Shown: positions 25,545 to 38,051 of the stretch, piece by piece
Layout of the letters: each line of letters starts with the position of its first letter
How positions within the stretch are numbered: position 1 is the first letter of the stretch
Assembly: GCA_964187785.1 (NCBI GenBank)
Contig: OZ076415.1
Span: forward strand, 37,758,001-37,822,000
Length of the DNA stretch: 64,000 nucleotides
Source: Amphiscolops sp. MND2022
Taxonomy: Eukaryota
Direction: 5' to 3'
The notes under the pieces: model-generated
What the model was told of the DNA's origin: nothing
Seen by the model: only the letters and a program-made list of their open reading frames with translations
Database searches by the model: none
Program-made: the position numbers and the translations under genes

Positions 25545-25707
25545 TGACACCCTTGATAAGACTCTTACCAAGAATACTATCAAGAATTTCAAGAGATTCG
25601 TGTGAAGCAAGAATAAACAAGATCTTATCAAGACTTTCAAGAGTAAACGGGAATATGTTAGAATATGCAAGATCTTGGCAAGAACTCCAAGAGTTTTTAT
25701 ACTGGGG
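25545..25707 (+). repeat. AGATCT-palindrome repeat family copy
   Basis: TTGACACCCTTGATAAGACTCTTACCAAG...CAAGATCTTATCAAG...GCAAGATCTTGGCAAGAA; same CAAGA-unit structure as the other copies. Confidence 0.6.
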
Positions 25708-27674
25708 TTCCATTGAAGATCAAGTTTGAAATATCCTCTGAGTAAAATGGTCAAGTGATTTTGATGGAATTCGTGATTTTCCGACTCAAATGAAATTCCA
25801 AGATTTCTTCATTCGTGATGTTCTCACAAGTCCAAAATTTGCGTGTTTAACTGTTGCACATAGCAGTTCCGCCGAGACAGATTGGTGAGCAAAAATGAAG
25901 GATTGTGAAAATTTGAATCGAAAAAGAATTGTAAAAAACTACTTACACAGAAGGTTTTTGTTAGTACAATAATTGAACTGTACCCTCTGTTCGTTTTGAG
26001 AACTCACAATCTGTTATATTTGAACGTTATCGCGTTCGTTCTTCAATTGTATTATATGGCGAGAGAAACCTTTTTTGAAAAAAGTTTTTTTTTCTGTGAT
26101 GTAAGGAATTTAATGGTGAAGTTTCAAGTTGATTTTTTTATACTTGAGGCAACTGAGCCAACACTTTGTTGTCAATAGAAGTTGGTTTTCATTCAAAATG
26201 ATACGTTTTTCCAATGAAAGTTTTTCCAAAAGTACAGTCGAGTTCCAAAAATCGAGTTTTTCAAGTGGCAGTGAGTCTGGGTTGACAATATTTGCAACAT
26301 TTGCCCGGGCCGAGGTCCCATGTAAGTCCATGCTTTAAAGTCACTTCTAATTATGGAGTTACATGTAACATCGTCAAGCACGGGAACGACGGGAGGCAGC
26401 TGTATTAGTTGGAACGCTTCAATATTAGGTTCTTCAATGCTGTTGAAACAGTGCATCCTGCCCGGGTTTCCACCTCAGAGATTTTTCATCCTGGGGCCAG
26501 ATCTGGCTTAAAGTCTGGAAGGGGAACACCCGTGACAAGATCTTGGTACCATCTATCTGGCCAAGACCGGACCTCGAAAAAACGTCTGATAACCAGGTTT
26601 TTCAGATAGCACTTGAAACTCTGCTTCTCTCAAAAACCTGACAGCTAATAAACTAGCTAGAATAATAGTTAGAAACGATCAAGTCCGCAGCAAATTAAAT
26701 TCCGCAGCTCGGGCCGGAAAGTTATCCCCATCACGTCTGTTTTGATGACTAGAGAATGTTCGGTACTGATTATACATGATACTTTATCCATTTATTCCCA
26801 ATAGTTTATTCCCAACTCTCCAAAAGTTGTTTGTGAACTTTGATTGGTTCGTTTGTCATATTGACTCCGTTTTGGCATGTGGCGACATAGGTGCTTCTGT
26901 GTTGGTAGACGTGTTGATGAAATGATGCTGCTGTAAAGTTACGGGAAAATGGTTTGCTGGAGTAGTTTTAGTAACTTCTAGAATACGGAATACGACAGAG
27001 TAATCTTTTGGCCAGTTAATTTTTCGGTTTTGAGGTGATATGGATACGAAATACAATCGAATAATAAAATTCCGTGTTAGTTGTTCAATGAACAGTTCCA
27101 ACTGCAATACATTTTTCAGAATTCGGAATTAGAAATCTCTGGGTCCTCTGGGCCAAGCTATGAAGTCTTCTTTACCTCTGGGCCCCATGTATGACAAACC
27201 TAAAAATCTCTGATTTACCTCAGGGGTGTCACAGAGGATAGCAGAAATTGATTAATGATAATGTACCTCCTAAGTAAATCGCTTTTTACCAGTTATTTTT
27301 TGTCAGTAAGTGTATAATTGCTCAAAAAACTTTCATTAAGAATTGCAATTGAGACTATATAAGAAAAACGAGAACAGATAAACGAGAAGTTAGCTCATGA
27401 AGAATTTTTATGCTGCATCTTAATTCCAAATAAGGTATAAGATTTAAAGAAATTGACAATCGGTTTCCAAGTACTGAACTGAACTTGTGAAAAAATGCTG
27501 TTCAGGATGAATTCATATGGCAAATGTGCACTGATACAAGCCGAATAAAAAAATGTCTCATAAAAAACGGCGGAATTCTCGTTTTTTAGTATTACCGGAC
27601 TGATCTAAAAAGCGTGAGTCAGATTTAACGAATGTGACAGTTTTGCACAAAAATCGTGCTTTTATTTGGCTGGA

Positions 27675-28228
27675 ATCCCTAGTTAGAACTGCTTGAACTT
27701 TTTACATGTTTTTGTAGGTTACCAAGCTAATTTTCCATGATTTTATAAAATTCTCAAAGAAATGTCCATGCATTAAATCTCCATTGATTCAATTTAATTT
27801 TATCAAGCTGCCTATAAAATGCATCCTGAATTTGGCGGCAATTTTGCACCGCAAAGTTTTGCAGGTTTCATAAAGGCGCTGTTCTAATTTTGAAAGCAGC
27901 TGAGACCTTCATCAATTTTACCGCGCTTTCTATGCAAATAAACTTCAGTCACATTATAAGTTTCAAAGTAGCGTCATATTCAGCGTGGTATTTGGCTAAC
28001 GGTGATTACATAAGGTACTTACATGAGAAACTTACGCGTGAAAACAAAGTGATCGCTGCGGTGAAGAAGTAGAAATGTTTTCAGTTTTAATTCAAATAGT
28101 GGAAGCTGCATTGTAATCCTACAAAATGTTTCCATGCACGGTCCCAGAATTTTTCATGTTTTATAAAAAAATTAGCCTGCATGTTTCCATGCAGCATGTA
28201 AAAAGTTCAAGCAATCTCGACTAGGGAT
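27675..28228. mobile_element. MITE family B, complete copy with ~35-bp TIRs
   Basis: Left ATCCCTAGTTAGAACTGCTTGAACTTTTTACATG and right CATGTAAAAAGTTCAAGCAATCTCGACTAGGGAT are inverted repeats. The body is homologous to 48335-48847 and has no coding capacity. No clear TSD. Confidence 0.85.
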
Positions 28229-30339
28229 ACGGACTTTGATGCGATCTTAAAGTTCATGGAAAAGGAGATTTACAAGATATGATCATAATCTATTTTCATT
28301 CATTTTGATGCTCTATAACCCTAAATGGACCATGATACGATTTCGTACCACTTAGTTACTGCAAACTTCTACACGCACCAGCTGACCGTATGGTAGAGAA
28401 AACTCTTGAATAGGATTTTCAGACGATATTGCATAGCATTACACGCACCACACGCCAGCGGAGGCCTTCTCGCAAAAGACGTTGCCCCAGCCCAGCAGTT
28501 CAAAAATTGATTTGAGAGCCCTGATTCTCTTTTTTCGAACGCAATATAAATCGTTTGTCCGACTTGAGTAGTTCAGGAGATATTGCGGTTCAAAGTTTAA
28601 GCACCAGATTTTTGGATGGATCAGCAAATTTTCGCACGCATAGGGCTCACTCAATCCACGCATTACTAATCATTATCCATGCATGTGATCTTAGAGTTAA
28701 CATGGTCTATGCAGGGTGTGATTCCGGAAGAAAATGTTAGTTTCTTATAATAGAACCCAGGAAAATCCATTATACATTTTGTTTATATGTTTAATAGATA
28801 AACTTTTATGAAACATTCCGAAGAATGTTATTAAATTTTCCTATGTGATCAAAAAAGATTCCTACACAAATTACTAAGGTCAATATATTGCCACGAAAGT
28901 TGGCGTTAGAGCGCTTTGTAAAAAACGCTTAATTGAATAATTCTCGAATTTCCATAGAAACGGCTTTAACCATCATTACTTAGCCAATTAGCAAGCAGTG
29001 GGGTAAACGCAGAAACTTGAGTTACTTTATCGTTTATAGCTTACTGTATGTCATTAAAGGGTTCTTGTGACTCCATGATTTTATTTTTTCTCGTCTAAAA
29101 ATAGAGCGCCTACGAAAACGAATTTCAATGATTTCATGTATCTCGGAGTTTAGACATTTCAAGATGCCTAATCCGGATCTCATCAAATTTTGTATGTTAC
29201 GTTGAAAAAGGAAAAAAATGAAAGGTGAACCTTGAAACTAATTTAAATGCGTTTCTGAAGTCACGGGGCCCGAGTTGGACAGTCCAGTAGTTTAGTAGTT
29301 TCTGTAAAATGTGTCCTACACGCATAAATTCCGTTATCAGAAAAAAAACGAAAAGACTTGCCACTGTAACAAATGCGCTCAATTTCTGCTAAAAAATGAA
29401 GGGTATTTTCGAAGAACTTTGAAGACTGGCTCCACAATCGTGTTTGATCGAGCGTTTGATCGAGACGTTGAGAATGAAGTTTAAAGCTCATTTTTAATAC
29501 TACAACTCCTAATCCTGAAGTTCGTGTCTGTGAAAAAACCAAACAACAAAAAACCGTCTTTTGGAACCAAAAACTCGCAAATCTTGAAAGAGTTGGCTCC
29601 ACGAGCGATTGAACGTCAGAAGCAACTTCTCACGAGAACTTAACTTTCAGCATTGGACTTGAACTTGAAAGCGTACAGACCAAAAACGAAAAAATCAAAT
29701 TACAAAAATACACAGGATCAATTGATGAAAACAGGGTAGATCAGAAAAGCCAAGTTTCACGGTGATTTTCTGTGACTAGCTTCAGAACTTTTTCCTGTAG
29801 CAAAGTGCTGGTTGTTTTGTTGGTATCAGCAATCGCGTTTAAATCAAATAAGCTTAAACACTCTTAATCTTCCCGTGAGAACTTCGTTTTGTATCAAGTA
29901 TCATTCAACAGCAGCCTTTTTTAACCAACATAATTTTATTGGTCCCAATATTCAATCATAGAGTTGTCATCATGATGGTTTGCGGGTTAAGCTTGAAAGT
30001 TTTTCAAAGAAGCCTAGAGTCACTAGCTGAACTGAAAAGGAATTTAATTGGTTGTTGACAAAAAACACTTCTATTGGAAGGCATTCCATTTTAATTTCAA
30101 GAAACAAGGCGTTGTAGGAATCAGATTCTGGAGGTTTCTCTGTGTTGAATTGAAAAAAAATCACATTATGTTTCTTTCTTGCTGTTAGATCAAAAAGTTA
30201 AGCTCATCTTTGCCGTAGAGAAAATCCGAATGGAGTAAAAACCGCAATCGATATTTCAATGTGTCGATATCTTCGCACCGGAATAGTTAACACATTACGA
30301 AAAAGGAACTGACTGGGTTACAAACATGTTGAAAAGCCA

Positions 30340-31170
30340 TGAGGAAACGCGATGACTTTTTCACAAATGGGTATCGGATTCTACTGATTTTAACTGGGAT
30401 TCCTATAAATAAACAGCCCCTTTATATTATCGCTCCAGTCAAACGAAGTGCCAAACGAGCGAATTTCAGAAATTGTCGAAAAATCCATCTATCAAGACGA
30501 TGTATAACACAATCAATTACCAAACGAGAGTTGATCAATCATGAGATTTGAAAGCATGTTTTGATGAATTGAATGAAGCTTTTCTTTTTTATAGACAACT
30601 GTTTTAAATGATTTTGGCACCGTAGGAATTGCACAAATTGATTGAAAAAAGAAAAAATTGATCTGGGTATCAAACATTAGCAAAGTAATGCTCAAATTCT
30701 GCTCACCAGTGGTAGGCGAACATCTCTCTAAAGCTTTCAATGAATGCCCCGGAATTGAATCTTTTCCAGAATGCTCTGAAACTGCTAAAGTAAATGCGCT
30801 ACACAAAAAAGGTGATTTTTGTGATCTCGAAACCTGCCGCCGAGTTAGTACACTATGTTCAATGAGTAAGGTTTTTAAAAACTGTCATACAACCGGGTCG
30901 CTCATTTTTTGTTAGGAATGATCTTTTCACTCCAGTATCTTTCTAACCATTCTCGTGTGTGTTCTAACCAGATGCAATCGAGAATCAATTTACGAGCCTG
31001 TCACAAAGGGTGACCCTGAGTTGAACGGTCACGAAATGTAAATCATCGAAAAACACTTTACGTAAGGGCTACTTTTGGTTGACTCGTTTGGATCTGCTTC
31101 CCTTTGACCAGTCTTACCGGTTTAACTGATGGTCAAACTGTCTCTAACTTGTACATCCAAGAACTTCAGG
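30340..31170 (+). mobile_element. Non-LTR retrotransposon (LINE) reverse transcriptase remnant
   Basis: ORF 30658-30915 (ISKVMLKFCSPVVGEHLSKAFNEC...FPEC..TAKVNALHKKGD..DLETCRRVSTLCSMSKVF) matches the conserved LINE RT N-terminal block (FP..WK.AKV.P.HKKG....NYRPISLL..LSKVFE). Flanks are degenerate. Confidence 0.8.
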
Positions 31171-34100
31171 ACTTGAAAAACTTGGTTTTTCATTTAATAG
31201 CTCGCTGGAACGTGTCTAGTTGTTTGTCATCCAGCTACTGAAACTACCTATTTTCAAATTATTTTGCCCGCTTGCCCGAGGTAAAGTACTATTGACGTTA
31301 TGACTATCAATAAAATAGCATATTAACTTGCATAATAAGTTATAACAATTGTCAGGGCAGAGATTTGTGTCAGCTCTTTCTCTGTCTTTTTAGATGCTAA
31401 GCTGTATCAATGTTCATATATGTGATGCTTGCATCCAAATAAAAAAACGTTCCTTTCCTCTTCCTCGTTGCTGTTATTGTTTGCAGTTTATACCCGGGCT
31501 TGATCAACCGACGAACACAGCTCGTGGAATAGATTTCACTGCTTGCCGAAGGTAAATTAAAAACAACAGTCAGAATGAGATACCAGTAACCAATTGTCGA
31601 CATCAAGTCATCAAAAGCGTTCAGAAAAAATACAGAAAACGAAAACAATTAGAGCTCGAATAAAATAAACAGTTCTTTTAGGCTCAAAATTTAATTGGTT
31701 TAACCTGCCGAAAGGTTGTCTGTCAGTAATAACAATCCAAATCATTTTGCGCATCGTGGACGAGGCATACATGGAGTTTACAACTGAATATTCAGCGTCA
31801 TGTATCAATCCTAAACTTCTATAAAACACTAAAGTCAACACTGAATTAGTTATGGCACAGATGTTCTGTGAATGTTTCGAGTCGATAGTGAAGTAAAATT
31901 CAACAAGAGGCGCAATGGCACTGCGGCATTTTTTGTATAAATGCACTGAAGGCCTTTGGAATAAAATCGGACACTTTCTAATCTCAATTGTTTGAAAGAG
32001 AAATCCAAAAAGCAACAGAGTATTTTCAACTAAAATTTCCTTGCAGATCTGGAAACTTGTTGATAAATATAGGCATGTAGAGTTCCGAAAGGGCACTTTT
32101 CATCGCTTCCCCTCAGCAAGACTTGATCCGGAAAATGTAATTGATTCGGATATACCGCGAATTTATCATCTACGTTATATCAGAAAAGTTTTTTCCCGAA
32201 ATTTCGCAGTTTCTCCATGTGAAACGGCCGTGTTAAAAAAAGTGTGTCAAAACAATTCTGATAGTTTTTCTTCCATTCTTCGTTTCGGCCCCTTGAAATT
32301 TTTACCATAGTTTTTTGGCCCCTAGTTTTCGCAACAGAAAGAGTCGAAAAGTATTAATTAAAAAAATATATGGCACAATGATTTCAAGCGTCCAAAAAGT
32401 GTCAAATGGCGTTCAGGTTTTGTTGTATTTCTACGGAATCTCATTGAACAAAATAAATATAAAGACAATGTGATTTTCCCTAAAGTTTTGGATATTTATA
32501 TCGAAACTTGTCATTTTTTGGACCCTAGCTGGAAGCAAGAAGGTCTAGTTTTGCTCAGGTTCTTCGTCTTCTAATTCCTTTTTATAGTTGTCGATCTGAT
32601 TGCTGCGTTCACAGCTAGATAAGAAGAAGTTCGTTTGTTTGGTAATTCCTATAGTCTATCTATTTTTCAGTATGCGAAAAGGTCTCATTGTGTTTTTCCA
32701 GAGAATTAATAAAGCAAACTTAAGCACAAAATATATTGAGTCTTTTTGATTCTTCATCGACTGTGTTCTAGAAACACAAGAATTCAGTGTACGAATTATG
32801 AAAAATCACATTGTTTGTAATTTTATCATCTTTGAATTACTTCTGCTCAATAATTTATCGTGTCTTAGATCTTAATTTAAGCTTAATCTAAGCTCTGAAA
32901 AGCCTATGTTGATTTGCACTGATATATGGTTCTTTGTTAACCTTTTAAGCAAAAGAACCAAAGAAAGTGACACTGATGTTTAATCTTGATTGATCCATCG
33001 AGCATATTATTCACCCAGACATGTCTATTCTCATTTTGTGAATGCTCTCTCGTCATACCTGGTATTGATGGTGTATGGTATAGTATGGCTCAAGCATGGT
33101 ATGGCACATGCGTGGCACGATGCATACATGACATGGTACATGCATATAGAGCGTCAATGAAAGTAAGTTGAGTCCATCTGAAAGTTTTTCGAATGGGATA
33201 AATTTAGGCATAAATAAAATTAGTTAGATGAAAGAGAAAAATAAAGCGCCTTCTGTTCATGGCGCGTCCCAATGGCGCTTGATTTTAACCTTGAGAGTTA
33301 CAATCAAGTGAACCAAGTCTTGTTTAGTACAATTACCACAATTGTTTCTCTACATAATTCAAGTGTGTCCCAATTTGGGTCTCAGCGCTTGTTTCTCTTT
33401 TGTATGTCGCTAATTTTTCATCATAACGTTGCAGCGTCTATTGATTTTTGGGCAACATAGAATAAGTAAGAGTGATTTTTGAAGAAACATAGAATCAATT
33501 TTATTTTTCTTTGGCCCATGGACTGCTAACGTTTTCCACGGTGTTTAGGAGAGTGGTAACCTCTTTTGATACCATCGCGACTCCTAGTTTTTGTCCCTAC
33601 AGGTTCCTGCTAAACGCTGTCATGCGTGTTCCTGTCCTTGTTTTTCTTAGTTCATCTAATCCGTCAACCGGCGTCTAGCTGACAACCCGTTAATACCGGC
33701 AAAAATGAAACAAAAATGAAGGGATTTGAGCAATTTCATATCATAAATCCTTAAATACAATAAACTTAGCAAAAGTCCTTTTCATGAAAAGTAATGAAAT
33801 CAAACGAAATATTCATCGTCAGACCGTCTCAGCTAAGACACGAGAGATTTAATGTCATTAGATTTCTTCTTGTATTTGAAATAATTAAAATGTCTGCATG
33901 GTTTTTTTGAAATATTCAGACATTTTAGCTTTGATGACCACGGCTGGGCAGCCATGCACGTGACTACAATGCATATGCTACCCACAGACTTCTTTCTGAA
34001 CCTTGGAGTCATACCACGGAGCATTAATATGAGAAGCATACAAGTTTTCGATGCTTCTTAGACTTTTAAAATGCTGAAATTCATGATAAACTTACAAAGT

Positions 34101-35940
34101 GCAAAATGGAGTTGCAAATGTGATTTCTATGACTGCTCTGGAAAACTCGAAAGGCCCTCTGGGAATGAATTTGAGAAAGTGAAAAGAAGAATCATCATTT
34201 ATCTATCAAAATTAGCAGCACCAACTTAACAAACCGACAAAATGTCAACTTTTCGTAAATGACTTTGCTTACCGTTTGAACGTGTTCTCAATTGGTGCAG
34301 TACATGTCTCAGAACATGTTCTTGCTGATAACTTAATGTTCAAAAAGTAACAAAACAACATTCCGACACTTTGAACGATTTTTTAGCTTTTTCCAACAAC
34401 TTTTAAAAAAGCATCTGAGTTTATATCTTCTTGGACCTGATTAAAAATTTGCCCCAATGACGCCTCCCAACTCACCAACCATTGGGAACAAATTGTTAAC
34501 AAGGTTTATGTTGGTGTAATATTTCTCTACAAAAGTCTGAAGATAAATAGAGATGATTTTTTTCTATTCCTTTCTAATCTATAAACAAAAAATACACTTC
34601 TTGAATTTTGAGAAAATCCTGTCTTTTTCTGGTATGATTCAGCTAGGTGTCGAAAAAAAATCAAATTAACGAAAGATTTACTAGAATGAAAGATATAAAC
34701 TTTGAAAACTGTAAATGATATTTAGAAGGACATAGCCTTGTTTCGTTGAAGAAGGATAAGATTTGACTGAAAAGAGTAATAATTGATTGGGACAACTCGT
34801 ATTTCCAAAACGAAAGTTTCAAACCACAACCACAAAATATTTTACTGAGTACATTCCCACTCCAAATTTTGGAATCAACATTTGTAGAAAGTCGATCACA
34901 CTTAAAAACGGAAGTAGCAACGACACAGCAATATTCTGTAGAACTCAAAAAAAAGAGATGAAAATAAACTTTGAAAAACTTTTTGAGTTTTCATATTTAT
35001 ACATACTCTTGAAATCAAAAACCTGGATTGAAAATTTTTTCTCACACAACCTGTAGTGATCTACACACAACCTGTAGTGTTTGACCTGTACCTCAAACAA
35101 AATTCTAAATTAAAGAGATGGGATGGAAATAAAAGACATTAAAATAGATATTTCATTTTTAAAAGCCGAGTTTAAAATGAAATAATTGCACTAAAATGGC
35201 TTTATCGGAGTCAGCATCATTTTCGTCCATAAGAGTATGTAAGTAACAGCTGTGCATTAGTGAAAAATGGCTCGGCAATATTTGAAGTGACAGGAATGTA
35301 GCTGATTTCATATATAGTCAATCATAAATAGGAGTAACTTTTTGAAACGTTGTTTTTGCGAGAGTCGTTTCTTCGTGTTGTTGAATCTGATAAAAGTAGG
35401 ACGACTATTTGGTGATAAATTAGTATTACGGTTTGTGGTTGGCTTTGTACGAAAATTAAACTCGAGTTCTCCCTCTGTTATCCAGTCAAGTCACGAACAA
35501 ATACAAGCTGTTTTCTTAGTTATAGCACTATTGGAAAAAGGAAGCGTTTGCTGGATAGAAACGTCAATTTTAGAGTTTGGATGTGCCATTTGAATTTGAG
35601 ACGTGAGGTTCAAAAATTCTGACTGGCGTGACACTTTTCCAAAGGTAGGTTTTGCTTCCATTTGGTTCAGTGCAAATTGGAGTGAAATATTACCTTTTAA
35701 TTTTTTCAAGACCATGGATGTTTCTAGACAGACCCCACGGACATAACCAGGAAGTAAATGAAAATGTTGCTGATCTGAAACCTTACAATGACCAATTCAC
35801 ATTGCCAAAAAAGTGATCTTGCAGCCAGTTTTTGCGACAAGATGCAAAAACTTGTGCAATCGACTCGAAAACTTGCGGGACACAATATGATCGCTCAACC
35901 GATTTTCGCTTCAACTTTTATTCTATCATGCATTTCCATC

Positions 35941-37043
35941 TGTTGGCGCCTCGAAAAATATTGAAAAACAGAATTCTGAAACGATCCCTAAAACAGCTCC
36001 TAAATGATGGCTGTAATAGATTGGGTTTTGAGAATCACACTCTAGGATGGTCGGCAACCGACGTGTTTTTGGCCATCTTAATCATCTCTTGAACTTCATG
36101 TCAAAAAACTGAAGTTCGAAGTCAAAAATTTTGAAAAAACGTTTTTTCTGGGGCAAAAACAGACTTTCCATCTAACAGAGTACAATATTGGTACTTTATC
36201 GTTCTGCTTTCGTATATAACTTTTCAACAAGGCCATGTTTGGTTATATCGAATCCAGGCGGAAGACGATAGACTTTCTGTTGTTGATATGCAAATATCTT
36301 TATGTATTCTATCGCCCTAAAGTTGAGCAGTTTGTTAACTTGATAAATATAAAAGTCTTTCTGGTGACAGTATAATTTCTGGTGTGGATAGTATAGTTGT
36401 AAACATAGCAGTTTATTTTTTTCCTGGAGTATAAAACAACCCAAGATAACCTACTTTTGCGAGAGATACCCAAAAAATGAGATCGAAAACGGTGGGTAAA
36501 TATTATTCAAGCAATCAAGAAAGTAATGGTTAGGAGCTTTACTGTTTGGGTAACCAAGTTAACTTGGGCTGTTATTGAGCTGTATCGAAAGTATTCTTGT
36601 TTCTTCACAGGATTCGAGATTCCAACAAATATATATTCGATCTATGGGTAAGGTTATTCGATTTCAATTCGTAACACCCCAACTTCAAAGAAGATTCAAT
36701 GGTGTAGTGACTTTTATAATGAAACTCTTCAAGTCAGTAGGTTTTATGTTTTCTAACCAAGACCAAAAGTGGTCACAGATGCAGTAATTGCTTCACAGTG
36801 CCTATTATCACTGTAGGAAGTAGATATCTTCTATTCAAAGTTTCAAAGACCAAAAACCTGCTATTGTCCGATAGTCAAGGAAAGGCTCTCGCTATTGCCA
36901 ACTTCACCATTATATCACTGCCTGTAGCTAAAGTAGAACACGTCTACAGTATTATTCCCAAGAAAGATGTTTTTGATAACATTGTCCCATTCATAGGATG
37001 TAAAAACCTTTCTGCAGTAACGTCAGACAAAATTGGTTCAACA
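35941..37043 (+). repeat. BEL element 1, 5' LTR
   Basis: Collinear shared blocks with the 3' LTR (ATCCAGGCGGAAG, GTATAAAACAACCCAAG, TTCGAGATTCCAACAA, AACTCTTCAAGTCAGTAG, CCAAAAGTGGTCACAGA), roughly 75% identity with several private indels. Ends ...GGTTCAACA. Confidence 0.75.
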
Positions 37044-37071
37044 GATATCTGACGTTGCAAATCTATTGTTG

Positions 37072-37495
37072 AACAAGACGCCCGCTAAGCACCGGGATAT
37101 TTTCCTCCCTTTTCGCCTTTATCACTTGAGCCATAGGTATTTTGGGAGAAGAATAGGATCTAAATAATAAGATCCAAAATTTAGTGATTTTAGATCTTAT
37201 TTCCTTTAGATCTTGTTCCCGTCCTGAAATTTTAAATCCTATTCCCTTTAGATCTTAATCCCATTTTTACTTTAGACATTATTCCCATCTCAGTATGAAG
37301 GATGAAGGCTGAGCAGGAAGACTGAGTAAGTGGAGTTGAGTTGTACAAAGTGAAGTTTTAGCAGAAATTGGAAAAAAACGCAACACAGATGATGATTTTC
37401 CTCCTCCATTGAAAATGTGGGTCGGAAAATAAAGAAAACGCAATACAGATGATGATTTTCCCCCTCCACTGAAAATGTGGGTCGGAAAATAATAA
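37072..37495. repeat. Secondary insertion between BEL1 LTR and gag: hairpin terminus, TAGATCTT micro-array and 60-bp tandem duplication
   Basis: AACAAGACGCCCGCT...GGGATATTTTCC terminus as at 12134, repeated TTTAGATCTT at 37190-37280, and two 60-bp units at 37376-37492. Confidence 0.6.
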
Positions 37496-38051
37496 GGCCA
37501 AAAAGGTTCAAAGAAAACAATGTGGCCAAAACGACTGAGAGCAATTTGTGGGACCTCACATATATGATCTCATCAAAAAACGGGCAAGGACGAATTGTCT
37601 TTTTGACAGACTGTCTAAAAAACTCTTTAACAATGAAAATTTTAAGTGAACATGAAAAACGCTTCTCAGAATTGATTTTGATTCTGAAAAAAAATTAGAC
37701 TCGGACTTCCAGGTTTTACCTACTAAAGATCCAACCATTTGGGTAGACGTTAGTAAGTTCTTTTTAACAGATTGAACATCAAACAATAAGTTGCTCTAAG
37801 AGTTCGAAAAAAAGATGAAAGATACTTTCCAAGGTAGCCATTTGGCGATCCTGTTCAATTTGGAGTACGAACTTGAAGAACGTTTTCAGAACTAGAGCGA
37901 AACTTCCGGGGATGATCTCGTGAGCGTCAGTAGGCTTCCATAGGGCCCGTATGATGAAATCGACCTATGGAAATACGACGCTGAACTAATAAGAACCGCA
38001 GACAAAACGACAATAGATAAGCAAACTGAGCAAGGCGCGAGGTCGAGTACA

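Noticed and set aside
26110-26456. Protein-like short ORFs on both strands
   Set aside because: Mutually incompatible frames and no domain signature.
28250-28740. GC-richer segment with ORF ...ALKSIFELLGWGNVFCEK...
   Set aside because: Could not be tied to any family I recognise; left unassigned.
34661-35715. Several 70-95-aa ORFs upstream of BEL element 1
   Set aside because: No conserved motifs or convincing splice sites.
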